Positions 37,111 to 46,468 of a DNA stretch of 64,000 nt are shown one piece after another. Position numbers and translations under genes: made by a program. The notes below the pieces were generated by a model, which had not been told where the DNA came from, did not search any database, and saw only the letters and a program-made list of their open reading frames with translations. The stretch is from Chloroflexota bacterium. GTDB taxonomy: Bacteria; Chloroflexota; UBA11872; VXOZ01. Where the stretch lies: NCBI GenBank assembly GCA_963662335.2, contig CAXXVD010000001.1:288001-352000 (forward strand), written 5' to 3'. Positions within the stretch are counted from its first letter, which is position 1, and each line of letters opens with the position of its first letter.

Positions 37111-37854
37111 TCAACTTCCAGAGTCCATCTTCTCGTAGACGGACACGTGGGAACCGCTACGGGCGGTGAACGGCGCGCCTTGCCAGTCGCCCCATCGCTC
37201 GCGCAGACGGAGCCCGGCCAGGCGTGCCATCAGGTCCAGCTCCGACGGCCAGACGTAGCGGAGACGCCCGGGGTACATGCGGATACCGTCCTCCGTCAGA
37301 TGCAGGTGGCGGAAGTCTATCAACTGGTTCACGGCGTCGTGGATCGAGACGTCTAGCCGGACGGAGGCGAGGTCGGGCAGGCTCGCGCGCAGGTGTTGGT
37401 TTTCGTCGTAGCGGGAAACGTCCGGGACAAAGGCGTGCACCAGGAAGACGCCGGACTCATCCAGATGAGACGCGACGTTTGCAAAGCACCTGACCTGCTC
37501 CTCTTGGGTCGTGAGCATGAGAAAGGTATTGTTGATGACGAAGACGAGCGCGAAAGCGCCCGCAACCGCAACGTCGGCGAAGTCTCCAATCGTCACCGGC
37601 AGCGCCTCTCCCCCATCTTTAGCGCGGAGTTCATCGACCATTGCCTGGGAAGACTCTATTCCGTGTACTTTCAATCCTCGCGCTGCGAGGGGAAGCGCGT
37701 ACGTTCCCGTCCCAATCCCGAGCTCGAGCGCCCGGCCGCCTGCCGCCAGTTCCGCGAGCGCGTCGACCCGCTCCGCTACGTTTGCCGGTTTATAGAACTC
37801 ATCGTAGACGCCGGCGATGCGGTCTCCATACGTTGCGGCCGAATACTCGTTCAC
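37111..37854 (-). CDS. Class I SAM-dependent methyltransferase
   Basis: LELGIGTG, ELDLMARLAGL; GTG start with GAGG RBS. Confidence 0.9.
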   Translation of the reverse strand: MNEYSAATYGDRIAGVYDEFYKPANVAERVDALAELAAGGRALELGIGTGTYALPLAARGLKVHGIESSQAMVDELRAKDGGEALPVTIGDFADVAVAGAFALVFVINNTFLMLTTQEEQVRCFANVASHLDESGVFLVHAFVPDVSRYDENQHLRASLPDLASVRLDVSIHDAVNQLIDFRHLHLTEDGIRMYPGRLRYVWPSELDLMARLAGLRLRERWGDWQGAPFTARSGSHVSVYEKMDSGS

Positions 37855-37880
37855 GGCACTTTCCTCTCTGCTTGTACATC

Positions 37881-37918
37881 CAAACAAAACAAAAGGCCTC
37901 CCACGCTTAGGGAGGCCT
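37881..37918 (-). terminator. Intrinsic terminator/attenuator immediately upstream of the methyltransferase
   Basis: AGGCCTCCC-loop-GGGAGGCCT followed by TTTGTTTTGTTT on minus strand. Confidence 0.75.
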
Positions 37919-37947
37919 CGATGACTTGGTAATTTAGTGCGCGGTCG

Positions 37948-38040
37948 CTACGTCCTCCCCAATACGCATAGCCGCGGCCGCGGCGCCGCCGCGTCGCTGG
38001 CTTTCATCGGGAGGTTGTAGGCCGCAGTTTCCATATCCAT
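37948..38040 (-). CDS. Putative leader peptide (28-30 aa)
   Basis: AAGGA RBS, MDMETAAYNLPMKASDAAAPRPRLCVLGRT, ends 29 nt before terminator. Confidence 0.45.
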   Translation of the reverse strand: MDMETAAYNLPMKASDAAAPRPRLCVLGRT

Positions 38041-38239
38041 AGTCCTTCTACGCACAACGGAAGTATGGCACAGGTCTCCCTTGCCTGGCAACCATCCAAC
38101 TCTGATGTAGAGAGCGACTCTACGCAGATGCGCTTGCCACATTGCCAAACATTTGCCATACTATTCGCGTATAGTTGGCTCTTTCCCTTAGGTACGGGAG
38201 AGAGTCGGTGGTCTGTGTAGTGCGCAGAGGAGGCCAACC

Positions 38240-39637
38240 ATGCGTACCTCAAGACGGCAGATACTCGGAACCGGCATCGGCATTGCCGGCGGCGCGGCGC
38301 TGCTGGCCGCGTGCGGCACGGCCGCGGCGCCCATGGAGGATGCTCCAAAAGAAGAAGCGGCAGCGCCTAAGGAAGAAGAGAAACCCGCGGCGCCCATGGA
38401 GGCCAGTGAGGTCGTCTACTGGTCGCTCACGTCCGCGTGGGGTTCCTTCAATGAGGAGATTGGCGCGGAGCTCGTGGCGGAGTTCAACGAGACCTTCGCG
38501 GCTTACAACGTCACCACCGTTCCCAAGTCCGGCAGGGACAATCGCGACACGCTGCCCGCGGCGGTAGCCGGCGGCGCGGCGCCCGATATGGCGTTCCAGG
38601 ACCGCTACATTCCCAAGACCATGGCGGTGAACGGCATCGTGCGCGACATCACGGACATGGTCAAGATGTCCTCCATCATCAACACCGCCGACATGTGGGA
38701 GCGCATCCTCAACGACGTCACCTACCGCGGCCACCACTTCGGCCTGCCGTGGTCCGCGGACGTGCGCACGCTCTTCCACAATAACGACGCGCTGCTGGAA
38801 GTGGGACTGGATCCCGAAAACCCGCCCGCCACGTGGGACGATTTCCACGAAGCCATCAATCTGACTTTCAAGAAAGACGGCGGCAACATCGAGCGTCTCG
38901 GCTTCGTGCCGTTGTGGGGCAGCGGCGGCGCGCTGGCCGGCTGGATGATCCCCTACTGGCAGCAGGGCGGCAATCTGACGTCAGCCGACGACAGCACGTC
39001 CACCATGGACAACGAGATGATGGTGGCTGCATTCGAGCATACCTTGCGTATGTACGAGGCCCAGGACGGCTACGACGCCATCGGGGAGTTCCGGGGCGAC
39101 ATTCGCCCGCAGCAGATCTTCATCGACAGCAAGCTGGCGATGTACTTCGAGATCTATGACATCCCGAATTTCCCCGACTACCGCGAAGGGTTTGCGGCGC
39201 TCAGCTACGGCCTGACCGTCGAGCCGATCCCGCCCGGCGGCACGCCCGCGACCTACGGCGGCGGCGGCTCCAAGGTGCTGCCGAACGCTTCGGCCAATCC
39301 CGAGGGCGCGTTCGCGTTTCTCGAGTGGCTCTACGACGCGCCGCAGGAGTTGCGCTTCAACGACGAGAAAGGGCGCATTCCGGTGCAGAAAGCAATCGCC
39401 AACAGCCCCGAGTGGACCAAGGACGACCCGCTGCGCCTCCAGGCCGCAATCGAGATGGCCGGCGCGCACTGGGTGGTGACCGCCCCCGGCGGCATCCAGA
39501 TCCTCGGCCTGCACGTGGCCCTGCCGCGCACCATCTACCAGGGCGAGAAGACCATCCAGGAAGCAATCGCCGAGACCAACGAGCAGACCCAGATCGTTCT
39601 GGACGAGACGCTCGCCAACTCGGTGCTGGACTTCTAA
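38240..39637 (+). CDS. ABC sugar-type extracellular solute-binding lipoprotein with Tat-like signal (orphan)
   Basis: SRRQIL, LAAC lipobox, PDMA, PPATWDD; GGAGG RBS. Confidence 0.9.
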   Translation: MRTSRRQILGTGIGIAGGAALLAACGTAAAPMEDAPKEEAAAPKEEEKPAAPMEASEVVYWSLTSAWGSFNEEIGAELVAEFNETFAAYNVTTVPKSGRDNRDTLPAAVAGGAAPDMAFQDRYIPKTMAVNGIVRDITDMVKMSSIINTADMWERILNDVTYRGHHFGLPWSADVRTLFHNNDALLEVGLDPENPPATWDDFHEAINLTFKKDGGNIERLGFVPLWGSGGALAGWMIPYWQQGGNLTSADDSTSTMDNEMMVAAFEHTLRMYEAQDGYDAIGEFRGDIRPQQIFIDSKLAMYFEIYDIPNFPDYREGFAALSYGLTVEPIPPGGTPATYGGGGSKVLPNASANPEGAFAFLEWLYDAPQELRFNDEKGRIPVQKAIANSPEWTKDDPLRLQAAIEMAGAHWVVTAPGGIQILGLHVALPRTIYQGEKTIQEAIAETNEQTQIVLDETLANSVLDF

Positions 39638-39701
39638 GGAGCTACGCGTCGAGCGGAGCGCGTTGACGAAGGACTAGCGCTCCTCAAACCGCGTCAAAGC
39701 A

Positions 39702-39739
39702 CACAAGGAGGGCAATCCTTAGGGATTGCCCTCCTTGTG
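39702..39739. terminator. 17-bp perfect stem hairpin between convergent genes
   Basis: CACAAGGAGGGCAATCC-TTAG-GGATTGCCCTCCTTGTG. Confidence 0.75.
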
Positions 39740-39778
39740 ATTCGTCTGCGCGGGCGTGTTGGCCTACGTCAGACTTGC

Positions 39779-39964
39779 TTAGCTCTCTCTATCTTCAGGC
39801 GGCGCTCTGAAACCCGCCTCTAGCATGCCTTCGATGCGAGAGACACGGTCGGAGAGGGCGGCGATCTTGTCCGAAAGTCGCGCTTCCATGCGCCACATCA
39901 TGCCGATTGCCGCCACAACGGCTACTGTGATTGAAATCAAGTCCTGAACGTTAATCTCACTCAT
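39779..39964 (-). CDS. Small membrane protein with coiled coil (61 aa)
   Basis: GAGGGGGA RBS; hydrophobic helix then LSDRVSRIEGML. Confidence 0.7.
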   Translation of the reverse strand: MSEINVQDLISITVAVVAAIGMMWRMEARLSDKIAALSDRVSRIEGMLEAGFRAPPEDRES

Positions 39965-40153
39965 TCTTTCCCCCTCAATCTCCACTCTATCACAGGAGCG
40001 CTCTTCTCTATACGGGACTCAATTCACCGAGCGGGTCAGAAGTCTTGTGGCGCGCCACCTCGTGACCTGCTTGCCTTGACAAAGCCGCGCGAATAGATTG
40101 TACTGTAGCCAAGTCTCGCCTGTAGTATTGTTGAAACATTGGGAGGATACGCA

Positions 40154-41200
40154 ATGGCAAACGATGGCAAGCTAGGCGTCGGCGTGGTCGGCATTGGCTG
40201 GGTCTCGCACCAGCACATCGACACGCTGGTCACGAACCCGAACACCGAGGTGGTGGGGCTGTGCAGCGGCAGCCGGGAGAACGCGGAGAACGCCAAGGAA
40301 GAGCACGGGCTGGCCAACGCCCACGTCTACACCGACTACGAGCAGATGCTGAAGCAGGACAACTTGGACGTCATCTACATCTGCTCCACCAACGAGAAGC
40401 ACGTGCACCAGGCCGTGGCGGGCGCGGAAGCCGGCAAGCACCTGCTGATCGAGAAGCCGGCCGCGCTCAGTTGGGAAGACCTGAAAGCAATCGCGGCGGC
40501 GGTGGACAAGGCCGGCGTGGTGGCCTGCGAGGGCTTCGAACTCCACTGGAGCCCCTACTTCCTCATCGTGCACAAGCTCATCAAGGCCAACGCCTTCGGC
40601 AACATCTTCTACGGCGAGTGCGACTACTTCAGCGCCAACTGGCCGCAGTGGTACGTGGGCTACCCCTGGGTGAAGACCCGCGAGCAAGGCGGTTCCGCGC
40701 TGGCGGCCGCCGGCTGCCACGCCGTGGACGCTCTGCTCCAGTTCATGCCCGGCGAGGTGGACCACGTGGTGGGCCACTGGGGCAACTTCACCAAGACGTT
40801 CGACTGGGAAGGCACCGTGCTCAGCGTGATCAGCTACAAGGACGGCCGCATCGGTAAGGTGGGCTGCATCCTGGAGGGCAACAACCCCTATTCGTTCAAC
40901 GTGCGCCTGCACGGCGACCGGGGCACCCTGGTGGGCAATAAGTTCCACTCGGAGACACTCATCGGCGAGCGCATGACCGAGCAGACCGATTGGGCGACGT
41001 TCGAGACCATCATGCCGGATACGCCGGAGGTCTCCCACCACCCCTTCCAGCCGCAGACCGACCACTTCATCGACTGCATCCTGAACAACAAGAAGCCGGA
41101 GGTGGACATCCACGACGCCCTGAAGATCGACGAGGTCATCTTCGCGGCGGAGCGGTCGGCGAGCCTGGGCGGCGAACCGGTCAAGCTGCCGTTGGAGTAG
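40154..41200 (+). CDS. Gfo/Idh/MocA family oxidoreductase
   Basis: GVVGIGW, GKHLLIEKP, GGSAL..GCH.VD; GGAGG RBS. Confidence 0.93.
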   Translation: MANDGKLGVGVVGIGWVSHQHIDTLVTNPNTEVVGLCSGSRENAENAKEEHGLANAHVYTDYEQMLKQDNLDVIYICSTNEKHVHQAVAGAEAGKHLLIEKPAALSWEDLKAIAAAVDKAGVVACEGFELHWSPYFLIVHKLIKANAFGNIFYGECDYFSANWPQWYVGYPWVKTREQGGSALAAAGCHAVDALLQFMPGEVDHVVGHWGNFTKTFDWEGTVLSVISYKDGRIGKVGCILEGNNPYSFNVRLHGDRGTLVGNKFHSETLIGERMTEQTDWATFETIMPDTPEVSHHPFQPQTDHFIDCILNNKKPEVDIHDALKIDEVIFAAERSASLGGEPVKLPLE

Positions 41201-41223
41201 CCCGAGGCAAAGCGCAACACGTT

Positions 41224-41276
41224 GAGAAAGAGCGCCGGAGAGCCTGTCCGATCGAGAGGCTCTCCGGCGGTTTCTC
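41224..41276. terminator. Hairpin after oxidoreductase
   Basis: CGCCGGAGAGCCT ... AGGCTCTCCGGCG then GTTTCT. Confidence 0.6.
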
Positions 41277-41297
41277 ACTCTATGTACCACTGACACC

Positions 41298-41876
41298 ATG
41301 ACTTTCTTCTCTTCCCATCGGGAACGCCGCCTCTGGCTGTGGGTGCTCGTCGTCATGGCGGCGATCTACGCCACCCTCGGCCTGGCGCAGACCCTGGCCG
41401 CAACGTTGGAAGAGCGCGGCCTGCTGGACATCTCCCTCGGCCTCTTTCTGCTCTGCATGTTCCTGGTGGCGGTAACCGTCCTCACGCAGGGTTTGAAAGT
41501 GCGGCCGGGTGGGGCGGAGGTGGCAGTCTTCATTGGCGTCGTCACCGCCTACCTGCTGGTGCTCACCCGCATGACGGTGCCGACGGAGCGCTCGCACCTC
41601 ATCGAGTACAGCATCGTCGGCGTGCTCATCTACGAAGCCCTCACCGAGCGCAAGAGCCAGGGCCGCTCCGTGCCGCTGCCGCCCGTCCTCGCGGTCCTGC
41701 TGACGGCGGCGCTGGGGGTCCTCGACGAAGGCATCCAGTGGCTGCTGCCCAACCGCGTCTTCGATCCGGTGGACATCCTCTTCAACCTGCTCGCCGGCAC
41801 CATGGCCGTGGCCGGCAGTGTGGCGTTGGCGTGGGCGCGGCGGCGGACCCCGCTCCAAAGACTTGGTCGAAGCTGA
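41298..41876 (+). CDS. VanZ-like membrane protein
   Basis: HLIEY, LDEGIQWLLPNRVFD..DI..N. Confidence 0.82.
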   Translation: MTFFSSHRERRLWLWVLVVMAAIYATLGLAQTLAATLEERGLLDISLGLFLLCMFLVAVTVLTQGLKVRPGGAEVAVFIGVVTAYLLVLTRMTVPTERSHLIEYSIVGVLIYEALTERKSQGRSVPLPPVLAVLLTAALGVLDEGIQWLLPNRVFDPVDILFNLLAGTMAVAGSVALAWARRRTPLQRLGRS

Positions 41877-41929
41877 AATTGCGTCTGCATTGGCGCCTCG
41901 AGGATTGCATGTGACCGCTTCGAAATCCC

Positions 41930-42000
41930 TCCGCCCCAAGCCTACGCGTCCCAAGCTCTCGCGTCCCAAGTTCTCGCGTCTCAAGTTCTCGCGTCCCAGG
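41930..42000. repeat. 15-bp tandem repeat x about 4.7
   Basis: cgcgtcccaagYtct at 41945, 41960, 41975, 41990; degenerate unit at 41930. Confidence 0.85.
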
Positions 42001-42046
42001 CTTGCGGCGCTCGGAAAGCCCAAGCGCAACCCGGCTCCCTTTGTCT

Positions 42047-42120
42047 GTCACTCTGAGGAGCGCAGCGACGAAGAGTCTCGTGTCGCAGGGCTCTAGATTC
42101 CTCGCTGCGCTCGGAATGAC
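42047..42120. repeat. REP-C doublet
   Basis: Degenerate left arm, canonical right arm, inverted symmetry extends into flanks. Confidence 0.85.
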
Positions 42121-42303
42121 AGACAAGAGCGCTCAACGAAGGGGGTAAGTACGGGCCCTTAAGATTCCAATGAGACAATCTTAAGTCCCCTTTGCGCCGG
42201 ATGGGGTACAATGCTGCTTGAAATTGCTTGAATTGCCGCCCATTGCACACAGAGTCCCGCACGCAAGCAAACGTCACCCGAAAGTTAAGGAAGAGTACCT
42301 CGC

Positions 42304-43902
42304 ATGAGCATCGAAGACGGCCTGCTGGCGCACTGGAAGTTCAACGGCGATTGCCGGGATTTCTCCGGCAACGGCAATCACGGTATAAACCGCGGCGCGG
42401 ATCTGGCGGGCGTGGGCCGGGACGGCGCCCCGTATGGCGCGGCGCGCTTCGACGGCCATGCCGCGTACGTGGAAGCGCCTGCCAGCGACTCCCTCGCGCT
42501 CGGCGGCGGTGACTTCACGCTCTCCGCCTGGGTCGAACTCCCGCCCGATGGCGCCAATCTGCACGGCGACATCATCAGCAAGTACAATCCCGCCACCCGC
42601 ACCGGCCTGAACTTCGGCACCCTAAACTACGCCGGCGTCACCGCGGCCCAGTCCCATCACCGCAATCTGCACTTCGGCATAGACGACGGCGCGCGGGAGC
42701 CGACGTGGGCAGACTGCGGCCGGCCCGGCAACAACCTGCGCGTCTACTCGCTGGCCGTTTACAACGGCGACCTCTACACCGGCACGTTCGAGTGGGGCGC
42801 GGACGAGGCCGGGCACGTGTACCGCTACGCCGGCGGCCAATCGTGGGAGGACTGCGGCAGCCCGGACACGTGCAACACGGTCGCGTCGCTGGCAGTCTTT
42901 CGGGGCGAACTCTACGCCGGTGTCTCCCGCTACAAGGCCGGCGGCTCCGCGCTGGAGGATTCGCCGAACAAGAACCCCGGCGGCGCGATTTACCGCCATT
43001 TGGGGGATAGCGCATGGGAGTACTGCGGGCGCTTGGAAGGGGCCGATTCCATCGCAGGTATGGTCGTGTACAACGGCGACCTCTACGCCATTCCGCTCTA
43101 TAGTCAAGGTGTCTTCCGCTACCTGGGCGGGCAGGAGTGGGAGTACTGCGGCACGCCCGGCCGCCGCATGATGGCGCTCACCGTCTTCAAGGGGCATCTC
43201 TACGGCGCGGGCAACGAGGGCGGCGGCGTCTTTCGCTACGACGGCGGCGCGGACTGGACTCCCTGCGGCTTTCAGGAGGGCGTCACCCAGGTCTACTCCT
43301 TTGCCGCCTTCCGGGGCGAACTCTACGTCGGCACGTGGCCCAACGGCACGGTCTTCCGCTGGGACGGCCACGAAACGTGGGAGAGCGTGGGCCGCCTGGA
43401 CGACGAGAAGGAAGTGATGGCGATGGCGGTCTACAACGGCAAGCTCTACGCGGGCACGCTGCCGCTGGCGAACGTCTACCGCTACGAGGGCGGCTCGACG
43501 TGGACGAACACGGGACAACTGGACACCACGCCGGACGTGAAGTACCGGCGCGTGTGGTCGATGGCGCTCTATCAGGGGAGACTCTTCGGCGGCACGCTGC
43601 CGTCGGGCCGCGTGTATTCACTGGACGCGGGCGCGAACGTGACGTACGATCACGCCTTGGCAGCCGGCTGGCGGCACCTGGCAGCGGTGCGGGAAGCAGA
43701 GCGGCTCACGCTCAACGTCGACGGCGTGCCGGTGGCCGTTTCCGATGACACGGCGCGCATTCCCGCGTCCATCGCCAACAACGAACCCCTGCGCATTGGC
43801 TTCGGCCAGCACGACCACTTCAACGGCAGCCTGGCCGACGTGCGCGTCCACGGCCGCGCTCTGAATGCTGAGGAAATCGATATGCTTAGCAAATCATACT
43901 AA
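42304..43902 (+). CDS. LamG-like jelly-roll domain split by a beta-propeller repeat region
   Basis: LAHWKFNG..D.SGNGNHG, DFTLSAWV; repeats LAVYNGxLYxGT...VYRYxG...W; WRHLAAV, FNGSLADVRV. Confidence 0.8.
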   Translation: MSIEDGLLAHWKFNGDCRDFSGNGNHGINRGADLAGVGRDGAPYGAARFDGHAAYVEAPASDSLALGGGDFTLSAWVELPPDGANLHGDIISKYNPATRTGLNFGTLNYAGVTAAQSHHRNLHFGIDDGAREPTWADCGRPGNNLRVYSLAVYNGDLYTGTFEWGADEAGHVYRYAGGQSWEDCGSPDTCNTVASLAVFRGELYAGVSRYKAGGSALEDSPNKNPGGAIYRHLGDSAWEYCGRLEGADSIAGMVVYNGDLYAIPLYSQGVFRYLGGQEWEYCGTPGRRMMALTVFKGHLYGAGNEGGGVFRYDGGADWTPCGFQEGVTQVYSFAAFRGELYVGTWPNGTVFRWDGHETWESVGRLDDEKEVMAMAVYNGKLYAGTLPLANVYRYEGGSTWTNTGQLDTTPDVKYRRVWSMALYQGRLFGGTLPSGRVYSLDAGANVTYDHALAAGWRHLAAVREAERLTLNVDGVPVAVSDDTARIPASIANNEPLRIGFGQHDHFNGSLADVRVHGRALNAEEIDMLSKSY

Positions 43903-43953
43903 CACCTGCTCAGAATTCTCTAAGTCTGCTAGCAGTCAATTCTGGCTGGGATG

Positions 43954-45345
43954 CTACTCTGTTTCCTCTCCCTGTGCTAGATCTCGACTTGCTCTGCGTT
44001 GGCGGTCATCCTCTCTCATCCTCCTGATACCAGTGATGTAATCAACAGTAACCGCGTAAGCAGATGAATCTAGTCCGGGAAAGAGGTTTTCGTTAGTGAT
44101 ATTCAATAGCTTCAAGGATTCCAAAATGCCAGCCTTAGACTCCGCAGAGACGGTAATCCTATAGTGAGCATAGACTGGAATCTCCTCATTGCACATCAAG
44201 ATCTCGGTGCGCTCGAAACGATCGTGGAATGCCGATACCAAGAATGCTCCGGATTGTGCCCGGATTCGCTCAGAAGTTAGCTGTGGTTCTACGACGAATA
44301 CTCGATAGAAGTCCCTCGGGTCAATCTGTTCCTCAATGTGTGGCTTTTCCTGTCGAATCATCTGGTACAGATTGCGCATAGCTTTTTCACGTTCGTTCTC
44401 GTAGCGAAATTTGTTACCAAGCATGTCAAAGGTCTTCCCTAGAATCCCGTCTTGTTCGCGCCGATGCAACTTGGCGAAGTTCGCAATGAGTGTGCTTAGA
44501 TCGCTGTTGAAAGGCCTTACCAGGGCCCTTGGTACTGCAAATACATGTAGACAACCATCTTCTCTGCTCTGCTCTTCCGGTTCGATGTTCTCAGAGGCAT
44601 GGAACAGGGCGACCAATGGGTTCTTCGTAATGTCCAAAAACCGGGTCTGTAGCCCGTGGTGCTGAGCTAACACCCAGTGAGCGAGGGACGACGACAATTC
44701 AACGAATTCTCCAGGTCGCTGAGTCATCAAGTCAGTTAGCATTTCGCTCTCAACCTGGGCGAGCTCGCTTCTCATTACCGAAGGGCGTAACTCCCATCCA
44801 CATTCGCGCTCGCCTCTGAAGTAGAGTGTAGTAGTTGCACTGTAAGAGTTCTTAATTCTCTGAACTCTAGCGAGCACGTCTTCGATGGCTGCAATGGGCT
44901 CAATATCGTCTTGAAATTGCTTTGCGGGAAAAATGACTGGATTATACAGCTTTGCTTTCCAAGGTTCAGCAGCTGTCAGATTGGCACCGGTGAGGTTAGC
45001 GGACTGAAGCTTTGTGCCAGATAGTCTGGCCCACCAAAGATTCGCACCAGTAAGGTCGGCGATCTGCAAATTGGCCTTAGACAGGTCGGCGAAGTGAAGG
45101 TCTGCATTAGTAAGAATAGCAATGCCGAAATTTGAATTTGCAAACTTGCCTCGCGATAAATCCGCCCCTGCGAGAGGCACTTCCCCATATAAGTCAAGCT
45201 TGCCAGCGTACCTAAATACCTCATATAGGTCGGTGTCTTCGAAGTCAGGCTCAAAGTCATGTCCTTCAAGCCGAAACTTCTCCCGTCGTTGGTTCCAGGA
45301 CTCGACTCCTTCAAGGAGCCATGCGATGTGTTCAGGATTAGCCAC
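43954..45345 (-). CDS. Pentapeptide-repeat + FRG domain protein (lower GC)
   Basis: ANPEH..LLEGVE.WN, A(D/N)L pentapeptides, YFRGE, AQHHGLQTRFLDITKNPLVALFHA, RIRAQSGAF, LFPGLD. Confidence 0.88.
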   Translation of the reverse strand: MANPEHIAWLLEGVESWNQRREKFRLEGHDFEPDFEDTDLYEVFRYAGKLDLYGEVPLAGADLSRGKFANSNFGIAILTNADLHFADLSKANLQIADLTGANLWWARLSGTKLQSANLTGANLTAAEPWKAKLYNPVIFPAKQFQDDIEPIAAIEDVLARVQRIKNSYSATTTLYFRGERECGWELRPSVMRSELAQVESEMLTDLMTQRPGEFVELSSSLAHWVLAQHHGLQTRFLDITKNPLVALFHASENIEPEEQSREDGCLHVFAVPRALVRPFNSDLSTLIANFAKLHRREQDGILGKTFDMLGNKFRYENEREKAMRNLYQMIRQEKPHIEEQIDPRDFYRVFVVEPQLTSERIRAQSGAFLVSAFHDRFERTEILMCNEEIPVYAHYRITVSAESKAGILESLKLLNITNENLFPGLDSSAYAVTVDYITGIRRMREDDRQRRASRDLAQGEETE

Positions 45346-45571
45346 TGTCCACCCTCGCTCAAGTAAAGAGACAAGCCTAAGCAATCTACCCAGTCTTTCG
45401 GATGTCAGAAAAGCACATTGGGCACTATTTCCCGGAGCAATCCGACTGCGTCAGCCACTACATTCTGCTGGCTCCCTTTAGGTCCCTGCCTGCGCTTCTT
45501 CAACTCGTTAAAGACCTGCTTCGATCCGAGTGTCGTCTGTTCTTCGATTCCGAGACCCGGGACGGGTCACG

Positions 45572-46288
45572 TCAGATGAAAAGCGTCTCCCCCGGCCGCA
45601 TCTCGCAGATCTCCAAGCCGTCGATGTCTCCCGCCGCCGCGCGCAGCGCCGCCGGCGTGCCCGTGAGCAGGGGAAACGTCCCGTAGTGGCAGGGAATCAC
45701 CTGCTTTACTCCCAACATGCGGCAGGCTTCCGCCGCGTCGTCCGGCCCCATGGTGTAGTGGTCGCCTATGGGCACGATTGCAATGTCCGGGCGATAGCGG
45801 CGGCCGATCAATGCCATGTCGCCAAAGAGCGCCGTATCCCCGGCCGCGTAGAGCCGCAGGCCGCTGGAAAACGTGATGACGTAGCCGACGCTCTCGCCGG
45901 CCGGTATCAGGGTGTCGCCGTCCATGATGGTGCTCGTGTGCTCGGCGTGCACCATCATCACGGCTAGGCCGGCCGCGCGCACCGTGCCGCCTTTGTTCAT
46001 GCCCACGATGTTGCCAACACCTTGCTTTTCCAGCCAGTTGGCAATGTCGGCTGTTGTGATCACGGCCGCCGGCTGGGTACGCAGCGCGATTGGCACCGCG
46101 TCGCCCAGGTGGTCGCCGTGGCCGTGGGTTATGAGTATCACGTCTACGGTCTGCGGCTCCCGTAACTCATCCGGACAGGCGGGATTTCCGCTGAGGAATG
46201 GGTCGATCAGCACGACCTTTCCCTCCGTCGTCGTGATGCTGAACGCGGCGTGACCCAACCAGGTGATTGCAATGTCGTTTGCTGCCAT
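45572..46288 (-). CDS. Metal-dependent hydrolase, metallo-beta-lactamase fold (UPF0173)
   Basis: WLGHA, IDPFL, THGHGDH, AGDT, PIGDHYTMG, PCHY. Confidence 0.92.
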   Translation of the reverse strand: MAANDIAITWLGHAAFSITTTEGKVVLIDPFLSGNPACPDELREPQTVDVILITHGHGDHLGDAVPIALRTQPAAVITTADIANWLEKQGVGNIVGMNKGGTVRAAGLAVMMVHAEHTSTIMDGDTLIPAGESVGYVITFSSGLRLYAAGDTALFGDMALIGRRYRPDIAIVPIGDHYTMGPDDAAEACRMLGVKQVIPCHYGTFPLLTGTPAALRAAAGDIDGLEICEMRPGETLFI

Positions 46289-46468
46289 TGGTAGTTCCTT
46301 TCTTCAGACGCGGCGCGCCGGAGTCTTCTTCAATTTGCTCGCGCCGAATCGCTTTCAACCCATTGTAGACTATTGAGGTTGCTCCCAATTCATAGGTGCG
46401 CCATTGCCCCTCATTGGGTACACCGTGTACACTCTGAATAGAACGATGAACGAAAGAGAGCGCAAATC

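Noticed and set aside
37920-38150. SAM-I riboswitch or T-box upstream of the methyltransferase
   Set aside because: Consensus elements (AUCAAGAG / GCAACC core, T-box GGUGGNACC) not found on the coding strand
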